A DNA stretch of 64,000 bases from Candidatus Poribacteria bacterium. Lineage in GTDB: Bacteria > Poribacteria > WGA-4E > PCPOR2b. The stretch lies in NCBI GenBank assembly GCA_965198175.1, contig OZ240245.1:448001-512000 (forward strand), in the 5' to 3' direction. Under the pieces are notes generated by a model. The model was not told the DNA's origin. It worked only from the letters and a program-made list of their open reading frames with translations, and searched no databases. Made by a program: the position numbers and the translations under genes. Numbering within the stretch: the first letter of the stretch is position 1; every line of letters begins with the position of its first letter. Positions 60,720-64,000 of the stretch are shown in pieces.

Positions 60720-60884
60720 ATGGTACTTGAAATTCTAAAAGTGGTACTGTTGCCAGTCGTAATATCCGCAATAGCCTACATTGTAGTCAGACGGACAGAG
60801 AAACGCAATGCGCCTAAACTGATAGATCCTGCGCCGGCGCCAGACTGGTTCAAACCCACTCCAACCATTGAGCAGGCAGACTAG
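60720..60884 (+). CDS. Putative 54-aa single-pass membrane protein (not in the ORF track)
   Basis: AGAAAGGA RBS; MVLEILKVVLLPVVISAIAYIVVRRTEKRNAPK... Confidence 0.5.
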   Translation: MVLEILKVVLLPVVISAIAYIVVRRTEKRNAPKLIDPAPAPDWFKPTPTIEQAD

Positions 60885-60955
60885 TCCTCCTCAGTAAGCA
60901 TTATGTTGCGTTTCCTTAGTTCCTGAAAATCCTGAACGGGAATGTCCCAGTTTCC

Positions 60956-61240
60956 TCCTGTTTTGACAATCTTGTACATCATTGGGTTACGAGGCTGGAA
61001 GAATAGGTTGACGTAATGCCAGAGACTAAGTCCTGCTGGCGTAAATTGTTTCTTGCGTTTGCTGACGACCTCGACGTTAGCAATCGAGGTATACTCTAAC
61101 ACTCCCTGTGCCTCAAGTGGTGCAATTCTTTTGTGCGATAGGATTCCCCTTTCAAGGATCGATCGCAAGTTGTCTATGACAGTAATGTAGTAAAGTTCCT
61201 CTGGGGGAAACGAATCCATAGCTGTTCTCTTTCTAGTCAC
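60956..61240 (-). pseudogene. darT: DarT (DUF4433) DNA ADP-ribosyltransferase, 3'-truncated
   Basis: LYYIT.IDNL.SIL..GILS...L.HYVNLFF.PRNPMMY, after which similarity stops. Confidence 0.8.
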
Positions 61241-61750
61241 TACTTTTGACTGCTACGGGTGATAGACTGTGTGCTATCCGACGAACACGAGCAGCAGTCG
61301 TGCGACATGTGTTTAAAAGGCACAATCTGGGATTATCCAAACAAGTCGCTGTTTCCTTCCCAAAGAAAGAGGGATGTTGCGTACTGTAACACACGAAATC
61401 CATTTCATCCATTCGCGGACCAAATCTGGGCACAGACGCCTTCTTCCTTGTAAGACCATTCGTGGGGTTTCCCAAGAAGTAGAAACACCCGTAGGCCTTG
61501 TTCGCAAGAGTGGGCAGCAACCATCACTACGGACCACATCCGATTTATCAGACGACCTCCAACCTAATCATACAGTGTTTGAAAATAAAATTCAAGCGTT
61601 TTTCTAAGGGGAATGATTTGGCGTTTCACTGCTTAATCGGCGATTCAGACAATAGAAACTTGTATTCGCTTGAGGTCAAACTCACGTTATAATATGCAAA
61701 AGGACGAGTTGAACATAGGATTTGACCGTTCACACAAGGAAGGCTTTGCC

Positions 61751-62998
61751 ATGCAAAAACCGATGCTCTTTCGTTTTTCACTCTACGGTGCGCTCAAGAA
61801 TCAACGCTACTATGACCCGTTCCTGATTCTCGCATTCCGTGAGAAAGGGCTTTCATTTTTTCAGATCGGTATCTTGATCGGGTTTCGGGAGGTCGTAACT
61901 AATCTGTTTGAAGTCCCATCTGGCGCGGTGGCGGACCTCTACGGTCGCCGGCGCTCAATGATTTTCGCGTTCTCAGCATACATTGCCTCCTTTGTGACGT
62001 TTGCGCTGAGTAACTCGCTCGCACTGTTATTCGGCGGGATATTCTTCTTCGGCTTAGGCGAGGCGTTTCGTAGCGGAACGCACAAGGCGATGATTTTTGA
62101 TTGGCTCCGATTTGAGGGGCGGTCGGACGAGAAAACGAAGATTTACGGCTACACCCGCTCGTGGTCGCAGATGGGGTCTGCAATCTCCGTGCTGATTGCC
62201 GGCGCGTTGGTCTTTTATCGTGGGAACTTCACGGAAATCTTCTGGTTCTCGATTGTTCCCTACGCCCTCAATATCGTTAATTTTTTCGGATATCCGGCGC
62301 AACTGGATGGCGATCGAAAAAGTCACGTTTCACTCAAAGCGGTTTTCACCCTTCTCGGAAAAGCGCTGGAACAGCTCCTCCAATCCGCCCTACTCCGACG
62401 ACTGATTGTCGAATCAATGGGGTTTGAAGGAATGTACAAAGCTTGTAAGGACTATCTCCAACCCATTCTCAAGCAGACCGCAATAGCATCACCGTTGCTT
62501 TTGGCATTTGATGCGGAAAAGCGTACGGCGTTACTGGTAGCGGGCGTTTATTTTGTGCTCTATTTTCTGTCTTCTCTCGCCTCACGCCATTCACACAAAA
62601 TCGCCGATTGGCGGGGTAGCGATGACGGTGCAGCGCGTTTTATGTGGTGGGTCTACGGTGCCGTATTTGCCCTCTTGATTCCTTCATTGGGGTTCGGTTG
62701 GTATCCTGCCATGATTGCCCTTTTCGTCGCGTTAGCAGTCCTTGAGAATTTATGGCGCCCTGTGCTAATCAGCCGATTCAATGCGCATTCCACGCCAGAC
62801 ATGACCGCGACAGTGCTTTCGATTGAATCGCAGTCCAAATCGGTGGCAACGATTGTTCTTGCACCGCTGCTCGGCTGGACGGTCGATCTGGTCGGCGGGT
62901 TCTGGACGATCGGTGTTGTCGGGACTGTCATTGCAGCGGCTATTATTCTTACTGGGCTGCCTTTGAATGACCGAGAAAAACGACATGTCCATCCGTAA
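61751..62998 (+). CDS. MFS transporter
   Basis: EVPSGAVAD.YGRR motif and about 12 TM segments. Confidence 0.9.
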   Translation: MQKPMLFRFSLYGALKNQRYYDPFLILAFREKGLSFFQIGILIGFREVVTNLFEVPSGAVADLYGRRRSMIFAFSAYIASFVTFALSNSLALLFGGIFFFGLGEAFRSGTHKAMIFDWLRFEGRSDEKTKIYGYTRSWSQMGSAISVLIAGALVFYRGNFTEIFWFSIVPYALNIVNFFGYPAQLDGDRKSHVSLKAVFTLLGKALEQLLQSALLRRLIVESMGFEGMYKACKDYLQPILKQTAIASPLLLAFDAEKRTALLVAGVYFVLYFLSSLASRHSHKIADWRGSDDGAARFMWWVYGAVFALLIPSLGFGWYPAMIALFVALAVLENLWRPVLISRFNAHSTPDMTATVLSIESQSKSVATIVLAPLLGWTVDLVGGFWTIGVVGTVIAAAIILTGLPLNDREKRHVHP

Positions 62999-63040
62999 TC
63001 GTGCGGTATGTTTGGTGGGCGCGGTTCAACCCAACCCACG

Positions 63041-63075
63041 ACCTCCCCTAACCCCTCCTTGGTAAGGAGGGGAAT
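63041..63075. repeat. Dispersed palindromic repeat, variant copy
   Basis: ACCTCCCCTAACCCCTCCTTGGTAAGGAGGGGAAT. Confidence 0.7.
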
Positions 63076-63231
63076 GAATATTGAATGAACCGAAAAAGGT
63101 TGCCCTCTGTGGGAAAGGCATCCAAAACTATCGCGCGGGGTTACCATCGCCTTCGCTGATCGCTCAGTTGATTCTTTATCAGGGGGGTATTTGATAACCC
63201 CCGTATCAGCTTGCGAGGAGAATACTAATCA

Positions 63232-64000
63232 ATGACTACGCATTCCATCCGGCGCGTCACTCGAGACCCCCGCGACCATGCGCTGTGGGGCTGGGGAAAA
63301 GGCGGTGCCTACTACAATCGACAAGCGCGAACCCTATTGAACGCGCATCAATCCGGTTTAGGCTGGGCTGTTCATCGCCTTCGGGAATACCTTCCGCGTT
63401 TTGCGGGCGCAAAAGATGAACGAATTCGCGCGTCTGACCTGTCATTAGAAGAAGCCCAACTCGTGATTGCGTATGAAAGGGGTTTTTCGAGTTGGGCGGA
63501 ACTCATCGAACGTGCAATCATCCTCGGAGCCGACCCCACCGAGAACGCAGACGAAACCTTGAGAGCTGCGTTTGAAGCTGTCCAGAAAGGCGATGCGGAC
63601 ACACTTGATGCGCTGTTAGCACATGACCCCTCCATCGTCAACGCGATGATAGAGGCGCCCGGGATATCTGAGGATTATACCACGCTTCTCGAATACGCCA
63701 CCTCGGTCGAAGGTATCTCCCACGATGCGCGGTTTCGCATGATGCGTGCCCTGATTGAGGCGGGGGCTCGAATGGAAAAAGCGTTTTGGACAAACAATCT
63801 AGAAGCCGTTGAACTCTTCATCGAAGCTGGCGCGCTACACTCGGACGATTCTCCCGCTTTTTGGCAGATGAAATCAGTCATGTTGCACGGGAGTACAACT
63901 GCCGTCAATTACTGGATTGAGCGTGGCATATCCCCGCGAGGCTTCTGAATGGCGGCAGGCACCGGCGACATTGACCTCGTTAAGTCTTACTTTAACGAGG
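63232..64000 (+). pseudogene. Ankyrin-repeat protein with an internal TGA (63946-63948), runs off the window
   Basis: EEAQLVIAYERGFSSW N-terminal motif and ankyrin-like repeats. The frame continues F*MAAGTGDIDLVKSYFNE. Confidence 0.6.

Larger units (their letters stand above)
58481..60955 (+). mobile_element. IS1595-family element with passenger genes (ends tentative)
   Basis: Contains the transposase, KilA-N and DUF805 genes. Truncated genes abut both putative ends. Only weak terminal inverted similarity (GAAAACT.../...AGTTTCC) and no target duplication seen. Confidence 0.5.

Overview
This is a 64-kb bacterial chromosomal window. Tandem PhyH dioxygenases, ankyrin/HEAT proteins, many short palindromic repeats and a selenoprotein-N homolog suggest a sponge-symbiont-type genome such as Ca. 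Poribacteria, but that is inference only. In order, it contains: (1) PhyH dioxygenases and a dehydrogenase/apionate-lactonase-like pair; (2) a sigma54-driven amtB-glnK operon; (3) housekeeping genes; (4) a ~12-kb minus-strand defence island (PLD-SNF2 helicase, frameshifted Eco57I-type methyltransferase, type II Thoeris, TIGR02391, an NDT/TIR-like protein with a 48-aa basic peptide, and a DUF3696 ATPase with a PIN-like partner); (5) rmuC and neighbours; (6) a ZraSR-like two-component system with a sigma54-controlled YHS-TolC-TolC-CusB-CusA metal efflux operon; (7) outer-membrane and ABC genes; (8) a decayed TIGR04255 three-gene module; (9) an IS1595 element with passenger genes next to a truncated darT. 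The top finding is that ORFs 52639-53436 and 53452-54282 read as one gene through an in-frame UGA in the motif SC-U-GSG, followed by a SECIS-like hairpin. This gives a bacterial homolog of animal selenoprotein N (SELENON) with an extra C-terminal domain. All family calls come from motif recognition by eye; no database searches were run.
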